A stretch of DNA of 64,000 nt. Origin: Paragordius varius. Its lineage: Eukaryota; Animalia; Nematomorpha. Positions 11,467 through 32,910 of this stretch are shown here, one piece after another. Position 1 is the stretch's first letter. Every line of letters starts with the position of its first letter. Made by a program: the position numbers and the translations under genes. The notes beneath the pieces are model-generated. The model searched no databases. It saw nothing but the letters and a program-made list of their open reading frames with translations, and was not told the DNA's origin. The stretch lies in contig OZ176053.1 in NCBI GenBank assembly GCA_964247055.1, forward strand, positions 186,001-250,000, written 5' to 3'.

Positions 11467-13358
11467 ATGGGCGAGTCGATATGCTTGGCAAATTTGGATG
11501 TTTATCACAATGTAGAATCCTTGAAAATTCTTTCATTATTCGAGGCTTTTATGAAAAAACATGTAAACACACTTAAATTACAAAACATACATAATGATAC
11601 GAATGATTTACTTGGTTCAAATATTTACTATAACAACTTTATTTTGGATCACTTGGGAATTCAAATCTTACACGATTACTCAGATCTTAGCAAAGAAAGA
11701 ATTTTTCCCGTTTATCAAGTTTGTAGTGGTATACCTTATGGTGAAATATTCAACGAAGAAGATGAAAACAAAATAGAACGTAAACTCGGACCTAAATGTT
11801 TTAATTGTGAGGGCCCTCACATTCTTTCAGCATGTCTCCTCCCCTTAGATTACAAACGAATTGCTAAAAATAAGTCTGAGTTTTTAGCTACACATCCATC
11901 ATCCGCAAATATAGCATCAATGAACAAGAATCGATATCACGATGATGAAATAGAGGAGCGATTTGCTACTTTTAGACCAGGTTATCTGTCCTCCAATCTC
12001 CGAAAAGCGCTAGGTATTAGTGCATATGAATTACCTCCTTTCACCTATGTCATGAGAATGATTGGTTACCCGCCTGGCCATTTGTTAGATGCACAAAAAC
12101 CGGGAACAATAAAAATGCAGGTTTTTATATTTTTCCCGATAAAATAGTAGAATTAGCAAATTTAAAAAAAAATTTTGGAAAATATCTTTTCAAACTATTT
12201 AATATCACATATATAATAGTTCCGTTTTCACAACTAATTGGCTTAAGATTTTTACAAATCGTTAAATTTTTTTAGCGTTCATCATCAATTTGATTTAGCA
12301 GGATACAAAAATTTTGATTCACTTTTTATATATAACATATTTCTTTTACACAGGGATCCAATACGTCACAAACCACTAGTATATCAAACATCTCAAATAT
12401 TGACACCATGCTAAAAGAAATAGTAAAAGATGATAATATTGTTCTTCAAAAAACCGCAGTTACCACGACTGGTTTAAACAATAATTCATATTTATGCTCA
12501 AACGAATTCTTAGAAACGCTTGATCTGGATGCTATAATTAGCTATCAGGGTTTTAATGAGCCCATTACGAGTCATCGTATACACGATGAATATGCCCGTT
12601 ACAATTCTCTACCTATGCAAAAGAAGCACAGTAAATCGACTTGGAAAAAATTGTATAACAAGTATAACAATAGCCCAATTTTAAATGGCCACCATGTTCG
12701 ATCTAAACGAAATCGTACCACCAGTAGTAGCTCGGATAGAAATGGAACAAACGATGATTATAATACTAAGAATAATCGTAAAATAACCCAAGACGTTGGG
12801 TATGAAGACTCATATTTTGGGGAAATTACCTATTTACGTGATTACAGCAAAGATCTTAATCTTGTTAAAGATAAAACGGCAAAATCTACCGTGACAGAGA
12901 CAGAAACGGGCGATCAAAATGTTATCAGTGAGCGTTGTTTGGAAACAAACATTGATTCAAACAACGCTACTAATGACATTTTGTCCGAGCCCAAAAATGT
13001 TACAAATCCACTTTCCTCAACTATCAAATCTACGGTCAAGGGAACACCCGTTCAATTTAAACTTAATAATCATCTTGAAACATTATCACCACAAAAAGAT
13101 ATTAGTCTCAATAGTAGTTTGAATGGAGATGATGGAGTTTTTGATGAGAATAGAATGGACTGTGATGCCTTAAAAAATGAAATATCCACAACTGCAAATC
13201 CTGAAACTTCAAAATTATTACCGAGTTTGGAGAAGTTTGCCGAACAAATTCAACCATTTACCTTTGATGAACACTTATCTTCCGTTCAATACAAAGGAAT
13301 TTTCAAGAAGATTACTTCATATTTAAATGTAGCACGTGATAAACGAAAAGACAGCTAA
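11467..13358 (+). CDS. ZCCHC8: Zinc finger CCHC domain protein 8 (NEXT complex), 2 exons, ~552 aa
   Basis: Exons 11467-12120 and 12354-13358 (CAG|GT...CAG, phase 0). Zinc knuckle CFNCEGPHILSAC, PSP domain FRPGYLSSNLRKALG..LPPFTYVMRMIGYPPGHL, and C-terminal LPSLEKFAEQIQPFTF. Confidence 0.88.
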
Positions 13359-13845
13359 TATGACATAATAAATAATGTTATGACATGGATTTTTTTTAAA
13401 CTAAATATAAAAATTTTTTGATTTAATAGAGATTGAGACAAGATGGTCTATTTATAGCCGTTTCTTAGTTTATTTTTATCGAAAGTCTCTTGCTGAAACA
13501 GGTTCCATTGCGTATTATTTTTACCCATGGCATTTTTGAGTGACAACCCCGCCTTTTATTGCCTTTAACTTTGCCTGTCGATGATATTCTTATAGTAGGT
13601 CACCATACTTGGAGAGCGTTGGTATATCACACTCCGATGCAACTTTCATCCCATAAAATTGTGCTTTTAATATGCCATTTCGTTTTATAAAAATTATTAA
13701 CCCTTTCAGCTTTGGGCTTACCCCTAAAACTTAATATAGTTAAAAATAACGTTTATTCAGCCTGATAAAAAACGACGCAAAATAAATTTGAAAGTATGGC
13801 AGACCAAATTATTATACAAAAAATCATCATTAAAGAGATATATAT

Positions 13846-21562
<7,717 letters not shown>

Positions 21563-22187
21563 TTAAATTTTTAAATTAATTTGCAGACTCTTTTGCAAAA
21601 ATATCTTTAATATTGGTAAAATAAGAAGTGTCACTTTAAGTAAGATTTGGGAAAAGGTACATTTCGATTCCAAAGTAATAATTATTTAATTATTTATAAA
21701 ATCATTGTCCCACCGTGTAAGAATCGGATTTTTAAAAAAATAAAATCCCAAAATTAAGACGCTTCCAGAAAACGTGGTTCTTTTAGTTAGTGAAATTTCT
21801 ATATTTTACAGTTCCGAGAGTGACTAAGCCCTTTGAAATAGCCCTTCAATTTAGCTCCACTTACGTGAAAATAGGGGTTTAAAATAATATTTATATTAAA
21901 GCACCCATGAAAATAGCGTAATTTTTATTATTTAGAAATGCAAATGCGCGGAAGGGGACTAAGCCATTTTTAGGATTTGTCCTATGGTCCAGTCCTATCT
22001 GTGTAAAGAGTTTTTTTGATCAAATATTGGTTTTAAAGCACTTTATCAAAATACTTGCGGGCGCAGTCAGTTTCAAATAATTTTTTTAATTATCACGGAC
22101 ATTGAAGACCTTTTTTAAATAGACCCTCAATTCCGCCCCACTTTGCATATAGAATGCTGATAAAAAACATCTGTTCGTCTTCGTTAA

Positions 22188-22718
22188 CACTTCGATTCAA
22201 ACTGGGGTATCTAAATACCCCAGACTAAATTTAAATTAAAATTTTTAAAAAACTACTGAAGGAAACGGTCCCAATTTAAATTTATGATTCTATCTGCCAA
22301 AATATCTTGATAAAAAAAAGTTCCATCTCAAACTACTTCAACGCCATTTTTATTTGACAAAAATTGCAAAATATCGCCTTCATTTAATTTTCAGGGTAAA
22401 ACTAAAGCTTATTTTTTATATAAATTACATCTAACATTGATAGAAATAGAAAAAGCGGTTTATTTTGTATTATTTTTTTATTTTACAATTTGACACATGT
22501 CACGTTGACTAAATTATTACCTTTCAGTTTTAGCTCAAAATAAGTAATATCAAGTATTTTTGATTTATATATTTCGGTTTATTACTGTTATATAAGAGCA
22601 AAATTTTGCCATGGTTTTGATTGCTTCCTTACTTTTTAAAGTATTTGATTTTAAACAGGCCTGGCAAACTACCCCAATTTGAATCGAAGGACTAAAATGA
22701 GTGTGTTGTATCCAAGTG
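22188..22718 (+). mobile_element. piggyBac-like MITE, copy 3 (best preserved)
   Basis: TTAA 22184-22187 | CACTTCGATTC ... GTATCCAAGTG | TTAA 22719-22722. Confidence 0.85.
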
Positions 22719-25576
22719 TTAAGTATGAATAAAGGTTTTTACAAAAAAAATCACAAAATTTAAAAGTAAACCAACCTTTAGCACTTCGCTATTTTTGTCC
22801 TAGTTATCATTTGAGTACTTTCCCAGAGCAGCGTGATTTTGTTAATAAACTTCAGTCTTGAAATTTTAAAAATTTAATTATTAAATATTGACCTCATGTA
22901 TTAGATAAAAAGGCTTTTGTTAAAGTTTTGTGACTTCTAGAGTCTTTAATTGGGAGAACTCCAAAACACGATGGAGACGAACCGCTGATATTAAAATAAA
23001 AAGAGATTAAGTTTTTGTTGGTAAAATGTAGCCTGAAAGCTTTTTAAAGTTAATTATTTACGTTTCCAACCATAAATATACAATAGATGAGAATTTTTTT
23101 ACAATTTTATATTTAAAAAAAATATGTATAATGCGTCTAAAAGGCTAAAGAAAGTATTTTAAATTCGGCTTTATACCTTGAATATTTTTTATAAAATATT
23201 CAATTTCAAATAGCTCTCGGATATAAAACTACCCCAAAAAATGGAGTGTTAAAATAGAATTCTGGAGCGATAATGTTCATCATTATTGAATTATATGGAA
23301 AAAGTGTTTTTATAATATCTTAAAGCGTTTTAAACTGTTTTCCCGATGCCACATAATCGTATTAAGTACGCTTCAACCAAATTTCGCTAAAAAGTATGCA
23401 TTTCTTAAAAAAATAGTTGATACCATAATTTATTTATCCTTAACCTTATTATTGCGCCATATCACCATTTTTTCGTTTTTTAATAAAAGTAGCCAAATTT
23501 AGAGAGAAAATTTGGATATAAAAATCAAATTTTTTAAAAATATTATTTCGCTTTTTATTTATGGTTTATTATATATTTTTGTAATATTTTTTGGAATGAA
23601 GCATTTAGCTTTCTGTCATTTTTGATAACTCTCGTAAGTACCCATACCAAAAGCACCATGATAATCCTGAAGCTTTTTCATCAGAATATATAAAATTTAT
23701 CAGTATATTTTTTACATCTATCGTATTTTGAACGCGGTGAAAGGTAAAGCTTTTTGCATTTAATAAAAATATCTATTTCAAATGCGAAACAGCTATATGA
23801 ATTTTCTTATATTTGGACCAATATTATCAATTTATACCATTTCGTCACCTTCTCTATTTTTTGTAGTTTTGGGTTAGTATTGTACCCCGTATATATTAAA
23901 TTTGGTAATTTATTCTATATTGGTTATGTTTAAATTTAATTCAAACATATTCTCCCATAATACGTAAAAAAACTTATATTTACAGTTTTTTAACCTCCGG
24001 AGTTTAAAATTGGGTTGTCTTTAAATTACAATTTAACAGACAGTTTATTTATTAAAATAAGTACCAAAAATTTGCATTTAATTCTTAAAAATAATTATAT
24101 GTTAACATAATATATGTAATTTGCATTAAAAAATAATAAATTTATAATAAATTACCAGGAGTAAAGATAGTTAGTTTACCTAGTTGCAAGTTGGATATAT
24201 TAGTAATCCTAGTTAGCAACAGAGACTATAAGAAACCCAAATTTTGTTGACAGTGTTTACCACGTGTCAGTGTGTGTTATGTGCATGTTATATTTGCGTT
24301 AAAACAATACTAAGAATAAAAATGGTGGCGAAAAAGTTAGAGATGAAAATTTTTTACAATCAAAAAATTAAAAAAATATTGAATCACATAAAAGGCTCAA
24401 GAATTCATATTTAAATTTTGGCCAATATCTTAAATATTATTGAAGTATATTCAATTTTAAATGACTTTGAGGGACAAAGCTACCTCAAAGGTAATAAAAT
24501 GTTAATTGCCCCGACTAAAGAAAATCACTTATTATAATTAATATAATTTACTTGCCAGTTATTTTTCGATTATCAAAATAGCTAGATAAAATACTCGGCC
24601 AAGTCTGAGATAGTTTTTACGACTCAGTATAAAAATATATTTATTTTTTGTTTTAAGGAATCACGGCCTTATGCTTATACAAATGGAAAATGTATTTATG
24701 CAGCATAATGAAATGCAATCAACCTTTCAGTTTTAGCTTAAAATGAGTAATATCAAGTATTTTTGAATAAAATTTTTTATTTATATTTATTATAACTAAT
24801 CTATGCGCGCTACAATTTTGGTTTCAGGGTTCTCTACTCGCTTAAGGTGTTTTCAGGAAAATTATTTTTATCCGTACGAGTAGACTTAAAAGCAAGGGCG
24901 TCTAGCGCAAATGGCTTTGTGAGTCGTATTTTGAACTCAAAAAAACTGGCGGACTGCATTTGAAATATATATACCAGCATTCATAAATATTTTATTAGAT
25001 TTCAAACATTAGACTGTAAAATGCAAACAATGTCTTTTTGCTTTTGTCAATTTGATAGACTTTTTCCAAAAATTTATTTGCGGAATATTATTTTTTTGGA
25101 TTTTGTAGGCATAATTTTGAAAATTAAATTTTTAGTTATATTTCGGGCCGCACACAGGGGCTTGGAGAGCCTAATATATTCTTTTTGTCCCTAAATTATT
25201 TTGCATATCATTAACGCCTCACTTGAACACTTTAATTTTATTTTGAAACATATCATATGTGTCCTTGGATATTATTGATATTAAAATTTCTTAAAGGCAT
25301 AGTAATTTCATTAAAAAACATCAAAAAATAATCATATAATTTATTTTTAGGGTTTGAATTTAAGATAAAATTGATTTGGAGTGCCTCTAATCGAAAATCG
25401 CAAGACCCTTGCAAAACATTTATAAGTATAATGAATAAAATAAAAATTCCCTTACAACATTGAGATAAAATTCCTTTTTTGCAACATGCAATACCATTGA
25501 TTTGATTCATAATTTGTTGGAATTGAAAATTAAAACACAAAAGCTAAAAATTATATACATGTATTCAAGAATAACA

Positions 25577-26650
25577 TCATCGGGCAACACAAAAAGTAGA
25601 TGGTTCATATATTAGGAATATAATAATAAAGTATTTTGGTGCACTTGAAATGAGATTAGGGTCTATCCATGCTTGAAATAATTCCAAGGCGAAACAGACA
25701 GCATAAAGGATAAGGTATGTAGCAAACAACCTATTAGATTTGGCCCATGTTATCCTAGCCAATTTTTTCCAACCTAGTTTGTGGTAACTTAAAACATTCG
25801 TCCGTGTAGAAGTCTCGACTCTGCTTTGTACTTTAGGAGTTATACAATCATTTTGCTTGGGAGGCAATCTAAAATAAATGTAACACCTCGTTTTCCGACA
25901 ATAGGCAATCAAAATAGTTAACAGCAATGTAATGTAAGTGGTAAATGCGACAGAGTTAAACACGGTTATAACTTTGGGTATATATTTCCAGGACGGGCTT
26001 GTATAAGGGATCATGAAAAAGGGTGTAGATATCATGAAACCCAGTGATAAACAAAAAACAATGTAAGGCCATACCCTAAAGTTATTGGCATATATGGGAT
26101 AGCGTACACTATAAAGCACATCAATCAATAAGGGTATACGGATAAGATCTACACAATAGTTAGATGCGTAAAGTATAAATGCTAAAAATTCTAGCAGTCG
26201 CTTGCTCCGCACATTCGCTAAAGTCTTTCTATCACGCAACAACATAAAAAGTAAGAATGTACAATCGATAACAATGATCAGCTTAAAGATTAATATGCGA
26301 TTTCTGACACATTTATATCGTTGCTGACGCATTGCATCACTAACGGTATAAAAATCTTGAATCCAATTGTTTTTATATATGGGCTCTTTTCTGTTTTTCC
26401 CAGCACGCTTTGCTTGACAATTTCTAATTTTGGGGCCATTCTTGGCATTCGAATTAAATTCGATGCAATTTATTTGTAGTTTTGGTCGAATTCCATGCCA
26501 CCGGTTCCTAGGACGAGATGAAATCCATGATTTTATAATGTGACGTATCCAACTCTGAAAGAATATTTTAACCGTGAACATGGCGTATAGGGATAGAGCT
26601 GTAATTCTTAGCCCATCGTTCAAACTTACTATTTCTTCCCTAGTTTTCAT
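25577..26650 (-). CDS. Intronless divergent seven-transmembrane (class A GPCR-like) protein, 357 aa
   Basis: A 1074-bp open frame in AT-rich DNA with about seven hydrophobic segments. TM2-like LIIVIDCTFLL and TM3/ICL2-like LLIDVLYSVRYP. No family assignment is possible. Confidence 0.65.
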   Translation of the reverse strand: MKTREEIVSLNDGLRITALSLYAMFTVKIFFQSWIRHIIKSWISSRPRNRWHGIRPKLQINCIEFNSNAKNGPKIRNCQAKRAGKNRKEPIYKNNWIQDFYTVSDAMRQQRYKCVRNRILIFKLIIVIDCTFLLFMLLRDRKTLANVRSKRLLEFLAFILYASNYCVDLIRIPLLIDVLYSVRYPIYANNFRVWPYIVFCLSLGFMISTPFFMIPYTSPSWKYIPKVITVFNSVAFTTYITLLLTILIAYCRKTRCYIYFRLPPKQNDCITPKVQSRVETSTRTNVLSYHKLGWKKLARITWAKSNRLFATYLILYAVCFALELFQAWIDPNLISSAPKYFIIIFLIYEPSTFCVAR

Positions 26651-28380
26651 AAATCCAAGTTTAGAGAATCAAAATTTTTAGATTTAAACCAAAAAAAGGT
26701 AATATTTACATTCCCTAAAATTTTAAGCTAAAAACTCTTATTGGGGTCTTTTACATATTTGCCATATATGACATCATGTGGCTTTTATCTGGACTAATTT
26801 AATTTTTTCCAAATGCTAAAATTAAGTTATAATGTGTTTACCAATTTTATTTTTAACTAAAAATTGTACGTAATGAATTGACCCTCAAATACAAACATAA
26901 CCATTAAAAATATGAATAATGCTCACTTTTAGTATTTCCAGTAACTAAGGTTTCATCCCCTATTTAATTATTTATAATGTTGTTGGGTTATGGTAAATTT
27001 TTGGTTGGGAAATCCAAAATACTTTGCGATACATTAACTATAATTTTTTGACATATGAGATTAATAATTTTTGCTGTTACGCTAATAAATATTCTAAACT
27101 ATAGAAAGAAAATTTTTTTATTGCCCTAAATTAATGTGCAGAACTAAACTGACTACCTATAAACCGTGTTTGTGATAGCTTATTAAAATAACCAGTAAAA
27201 GGATTTAAACATATGTTTACCACATGATAAAAATTACAAATGCAAAATTTTTTTATTGGATATCAAAAATTTTAATGCACTTTTTAACAATTATTACTAA
27301 CTATTGGCACCACTATTGGATCAAATTAAATTTGTTGGGGTTAGTTAAAACATATATATTAATTCGAAGCTTATAATACCAATGTATTTTGTATTCTCTG
27401 TTTATTTACAAAATTTTTAGTTCATTTTCTTGGCACATAATTTATTACCAAAAGAGCGAATTAGTAGCCTGCCACCAGTTTTGCTCCTAAAAGCTGGACT
27501 GTTTATAATACCTATACAACTTTATTTTTAATTAGCTGTGCGCTATTGCTCGTAGAGCTATGTTTTAGAAGCTGAGAAAATGAGTTAACTAAAACAAAAC
27601 GGCATTACCATATTTATTAAAATATTAATATGGTTAAAATTAAATATATATATATTTATTTAAATATAATAAGAGATATAATGATATCACAGTATTTTTC
27701 GGTTCCAAGCAAATTTTTTTGTAACCGGAGTGGATCGGCATAATCTGATGCCATAAAAAGCATTACCATTGGGTCCGGATCTTATCCACACAACTTCTTT
27801 GGTCAAAAGACAAACAAAGTTAATATACTTTTGTTCTCCCCTTTGTTAAAAATAAGGATTTGAGTTGTATAAGGGCTTACATGTGAGCTCGAACATTTAC
27901 CGACCTGGGTAGTGATGATAAAATATATATGCATTTTTCGAATTTAAACGCAAACACAACACACTCACACATATATTTTACAAGCATGGCGCTTTAATCA
28001 CTCAACCACAAATACAATAGCCAATATTTTTCCCTAATGTTTGCGCCCAGTTAAGTACTATACTTCAAAAAAATGCTCTGCTTTATGCAAAGTTGAAGGG
28101 AAAAGTTTAAAAATAAGTAGTATTAAGGGGAATAAACTCGTCAATGATTAAATAGCGTCTTCCTAATACGTATATTTAAATGCGCATTTTTGCTGTAACA
28201 CGAACTTGCATTGTTTAAGTATAAAAATAACTTTTAGTATTTTGTTTTATTATTGTCATATTCTAGATTTTTTTCTAATTTAGGTGATTGACCGGTAAAA
28301 ATTGAATAAACTTTATAAAGTTAGTTTCGTAACATGTGACCTTGTAGTCTAATGTTAAGAAATCGCTTCCCTCGCGAATC

Positions 28381-28662
28381 CAGTGGTTCCCAACATGGGG
28401 TAACGCCCCCGCGCGAAAAATTTGGAGAATTTAACTAACTAAAAAATAAAACCAGAAACAAATTAAAGGATTTCAGGTGTGAATCATCAAGAATTGTCAC
28501 CGATATGGAAAAATACACTTCAAAAAATGCAAAGGATCTCATTGATTAACATATACTATTATATAAATTATTTTAACTTAGATGATTATTTGTCTGATAG
28601 AGGGGCCCAAGAATATTTATTTTCGATTTGGTGGGGCGTAAAAAAAAGGTTGAGAAGCACTG
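28381..28662. mobile_element. hAT-like MITE
   Basis: TIR pair CAGTGGTTCCCAAC / GTTGAGAAGCACTG, typical of hAT (Charlie-like) ends. The 8-bp flanks match only in the last 4 nt (AATC). Confidence 0.6.
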
Positions 28663-29318
28663 ATATAATCAAGATAGACTTTGTATTGACATTAGTTTCA
28701 AATGTTAATTAATACCAATTAGTACAAATATATAATTATTATTTTAGTCATAATAATTGAAGTAAAATTTTCATATGAAATTTTTTTGTAGCAAATTATA
28801 TTTATAGATTATTTGAATCAGTGACTAACACGCTTTTTTCGGCACGCAAAAGTGCTTTAAAAACATATAAAATTGGATTGTAAATCAAAATTCACAATTA
28901 TGTAGAATACATATCAAATAAAAAACCCAAAAAATATTAAAGCAGCCGCGAAGATATTGTTGGATACTCCCCTGATCTAAATTATTTTTAATGAATTACG
29001 TCAATTAGTTTTTTAGTTTTAGTGACAATTATTGTAATAAAAGAAACCTTTTTTTTCAAATGTAAACTAACAGATAAGTAAAAAATTGTTAAATGCCGTA
29101 TGAAAGATTATTATTTAAAAGTTCTAAGTATCAATTTTAGATGCATTAATGACTATTCATATTTTATTTATGTTGGGCTAGAAAACGGACACTTTTTTAA
29201 TATTCCTATCCTATTTATGGGTTAAATGACAAAAACGCGACAGTCGAAAACTATTCCCTACAATTAGAGATAGCCCATTTAAATATTTACGGCGATTTTA
29301 AATTTAATATTTATGAGT

Positions 29319-29460
29319 AGAGCGTATAACCAAGTCTTTTTTGGCCCTAGATTTTAAATGAATCTAATATATTTTTTAAATAAAATATTTATAAATAGAG
29401 CGTAACTGAGCCTTTTTCCGCCCTAGTTTTTAAATGAATCTAAATATTTTTTCAATAAAA
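29319..29460. repeat. 78-bp tandem duplication
   Basis: AGAGCGTA..CTTTTT..GCCCTAG.TTTTAAATGAATCTAA occurs at 29319 and 29397. Confidence 0.7.
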
Positions 29461-29502
29461 GTTATACATATGAGACATATCAATGATGAGTGAACAAAAA
29501 AA

Positions 29503-29706
29503 CAGTCATGTGTGTTTAGAATCGTCAAACATACGTTTTTAATTGATTTTACTTTGTTTTTAATTGTTTACAATAAATAGGCTATTATTATTTTAAGTCT
29601 TAAAAATGCGCATTTTGAAAGTTGACATATCAAACATCATAACAATTAAATAGAAAGCGAAATCAATTAAAAACGTATGTTTGACAATTCTAAACATACA
29701 TGACTA
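29503..29706. mobile_element. Small Tc1-type foldback MITE
   Basis: CAGTCATGT.TGTTTAGAAT.GTCAAACATACGTTTTTAATTGATTT is inverted at ~29660-29706. Confidence 0.6.
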
Positions 29707-30730
29707 TATATATTTAGTTGTGTATAGATGTACATCTGTAAAAATTGCATAATTTACAAAAAATACAAGTTCTAGGAATTCAAAAATTAGAATAATAATT
29801 TTCTAGTCGATTGTCACCCTGAAAACTGTACGAACTAGATGGGGGTAAATTATTTTTGGATTGTTTATTATATATGTTTGGCATTTTTGCGAAAAACAAC
29901 TCTTGATAATTTATTTTGGTAGGATTAAAGTTAAATTCAATCTTTTCTTGTTCTTAATCTAAGGGACACGTGCCGGGTTTATTAAAATGTGATTATTATC
30001 TATATTACTCTTTAAATAAACACAAAATTTTATATTTACCATATCAAAACTTACAAATAATCTCAAATTTTAACATAAATTAAAGTGTTTATTGCCCCAA
30101 ATAATTCTAGCATATTCCCAAAAATGAAAACCATTAAATTATATATATTTCTCTATTTATAAAAAAAAACATAGTTTAAATAAGCAAAAGTACTATTAAT
30201 GTTAAAAAAAAACAGCACAAATTGGAAAAAATGTATAGCCAAGCGACATCTGTCACCTTAAATCTATAATATATTTTTGTAGGTATACCTTAAACAAAAA
30301 ATGAAACATTATAAGTGCAAATGGATTAAAATTATACATATATTTTTAATAAATATCACTAATATAAAAAAAGTGTTACAAACCCCTTCCCTTTATGTAA
30401 TATATATATGTTATAAGATTGCAAATTAAGCAAGCACATTTCCTTAAAATACAGGTCAAACACCTCTAAATCTGCTCTTTAAATAATTATTACAATTTTT
30501 ATAGAAAAAAATAAATTTGGGTCTTTAGTGATAAAATTAAAACTGTCCCCATATTTAACGGATGTCGGTCGCGTCGTCGCATGTTGTTTTTCAAAACAGT
30601 AAAAAATTATAATGCCACATAAGCCACGCTTATTATTATTAATATTAGTTTGTAAATGATTACAAATTTATATTATATGTCAATCCGTCCTATAAATTTA
30701 TAGATAAAAAAGGACGCGATATTTATTAAT

Positions 30731-30733
<3 letters not shown>

Positions 30734-30775
<42 letters not shown>
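30734..30775. repeat. (TA)n microsatellite
   Basis: Pure AT dinucleotide run. Others at ~32567-32600, 43431-43468, 43664-43728 and 51712-51740. Confidence 0.95.
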
Positions 30776-30778
<3 letters not shown>

Positions 30779-32566
30779 TACTAATTATTTTATATAAACA
30801 ATTATAAATAGAAATAAGGTAGGGGTCCGCCGAATTTTTATTCTAAAAAAATTAATTAAATGGCCACTTGTATATATACATACAAACAAACAATAGATAT
30901 AACATAGATATTTATTTCGTATTGCAATGCTTAGTTAAAAAATTATTGATTTCCAATACACATATGCACTTAAACACACACATGCCTTTTTAATATATGT
31001 TTCTAAGGTTTCCCTGATCCTAGATATATAATTCGGAAAAATCGATAGAGTTCATTTTGTTTTATTTTTTTTATTTCTTCTTGATTAAAAAAATTTAAAG
31101 CGAAAATTGTAGCCCGCGTAGGGCGGGGCTTAGCTTATGCATGGAATGTTCAGTTTTATTTTTCTTACATTTGAAAGATTTTATTCCCGGACACCATACC
31201 AATTGCTGAATGGTAGGTAATGCGACTTTTTATTTTTATTTTCCAATTTGTTTAATTTGGGTTGTTGATTTTCTTTATTTAATATTTTAATATTAACAAT
31301 TAATTTTTTTCCATTATTTGAGTATATACAAAAATATATATCTATTTAACAACTTATTGCATTTTCTTTGCAGAAGACGTTTACATTTTAACGTAGTTTT
31401 GTCCTCGTAGTTGACACTTTTAAAATTATCAGACAATTGTTTTAGAAGTAGTTTTGTTGGTTAAAATATAATTATATAGTTAATCATGGGTAATTAATAT
31501 TAAGTAATATAAAATAAAACCATACAACATTTTAAATTTCGTAAAACACCTTCAATAATAGCATGATGTCATCAGGATTTATATTAAAAGTTTATTAAAG
31601 TTAATTTATAACATTTTTTTTACCACAATATACATTTATTAGCGTTTTGTAATAATTAACATTCAAAAAAAGTCCAAAGAAATGGCGGTGAATGGGAATA
31701 TTGATTTTTTTAAAAATTTACCTTTTTTTAATTTTATTTAAATCCAAGCGCCTAAAAGGCTAAAGATTGCGTATTTCATATTTTTTTGACCAATATCTTA
31801 AATACTTTTTGAGATATTCGTATTTTAAATTGCTGTGGGATACGAAACTACATCAAAAAGTAATGTTGTAACAATTGACTTTTCCAACCAAACTCATCAC
31901 TTTTGCAATTAAATTCAACAATAATCTTAAAACTAAGCATTTTAAACTTTTTACGATGCATGTTTAGTCCATAATTTTGGATTGAATTTTTTTATTTTAT
32001 TTAACGGAAAATAAATGTTGAGTATGTTTGATAAAAAGTGTTGAGTGTGAGTTTCAATAAAAAAGGATGCATTACAATAAAAGTCGCTTTTTAAAACTTA
32101 GTTTTTGACCGGTCTAAATCAGAAAACTTATAGTCTTTTACTATACCTTTAAAAAATAAAAAAAATAATTTTATTATATTAAAAAATTTAACATTTAAAA
32201 AATGTAACAATCCGGTAATAATCAATTTAAAAACAACCCTTTTAAAACACTATTGTTTTATAGTTGAATTTAATCCATCAAAAATATTTAGATATTCACA
32301 AAGCGAAAGAAAGATTAGGAACCAAATGGTGGAATTACAAACCTCATACAGCAAAATAAACCCAAAGATATATATAAATAATTTGTGTTAAATTGAAATT
32401 ACATATGTATTAGTTAGTTTTTCAAAACAAAAAATGTTAAAAAAATATTACAAAAAAATATATTATATTAGGGGAAATCAATGTGTCATATAGTCTATAA
32501 ATTTTTATGCATATTCCAATACATTATTTATTTTATCCACAAGAATACCAGTGACATAATATATAT

Positions 32567-32605
<39 letters not shown>

Positions 32606-32910
32606 TTAAATTTATATCTGATTTATACTTAAATACTGTATACCCATGGGCCTAATATGTGCAATACTAATCAAAAATCATTTTATTATACTATATTTAT
32701 ATATAATTTATTTATATATTTTAAAATATTTTTATACAAAAGAATCGAGGAAAAATCTCTAAGTATTTAAAGTAGTGTGTCCCGTTGTTATTGTGTGTAA
32801 CTTTGTCGCATTTTAAGCATTCTCGATCACCTGTTTTGCATCTTTAAATATTTAAAACTGTGAAATAAATGTTGTATGGTTTTTTTTAAATGATAAAAAA
32901 AATTATATTA

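Noticed and set aside
28830-29000. YSPDLN word suggesting a Tc1 remnant
   Set aside because: A single short motif without supporting neighbours; too weak to list.
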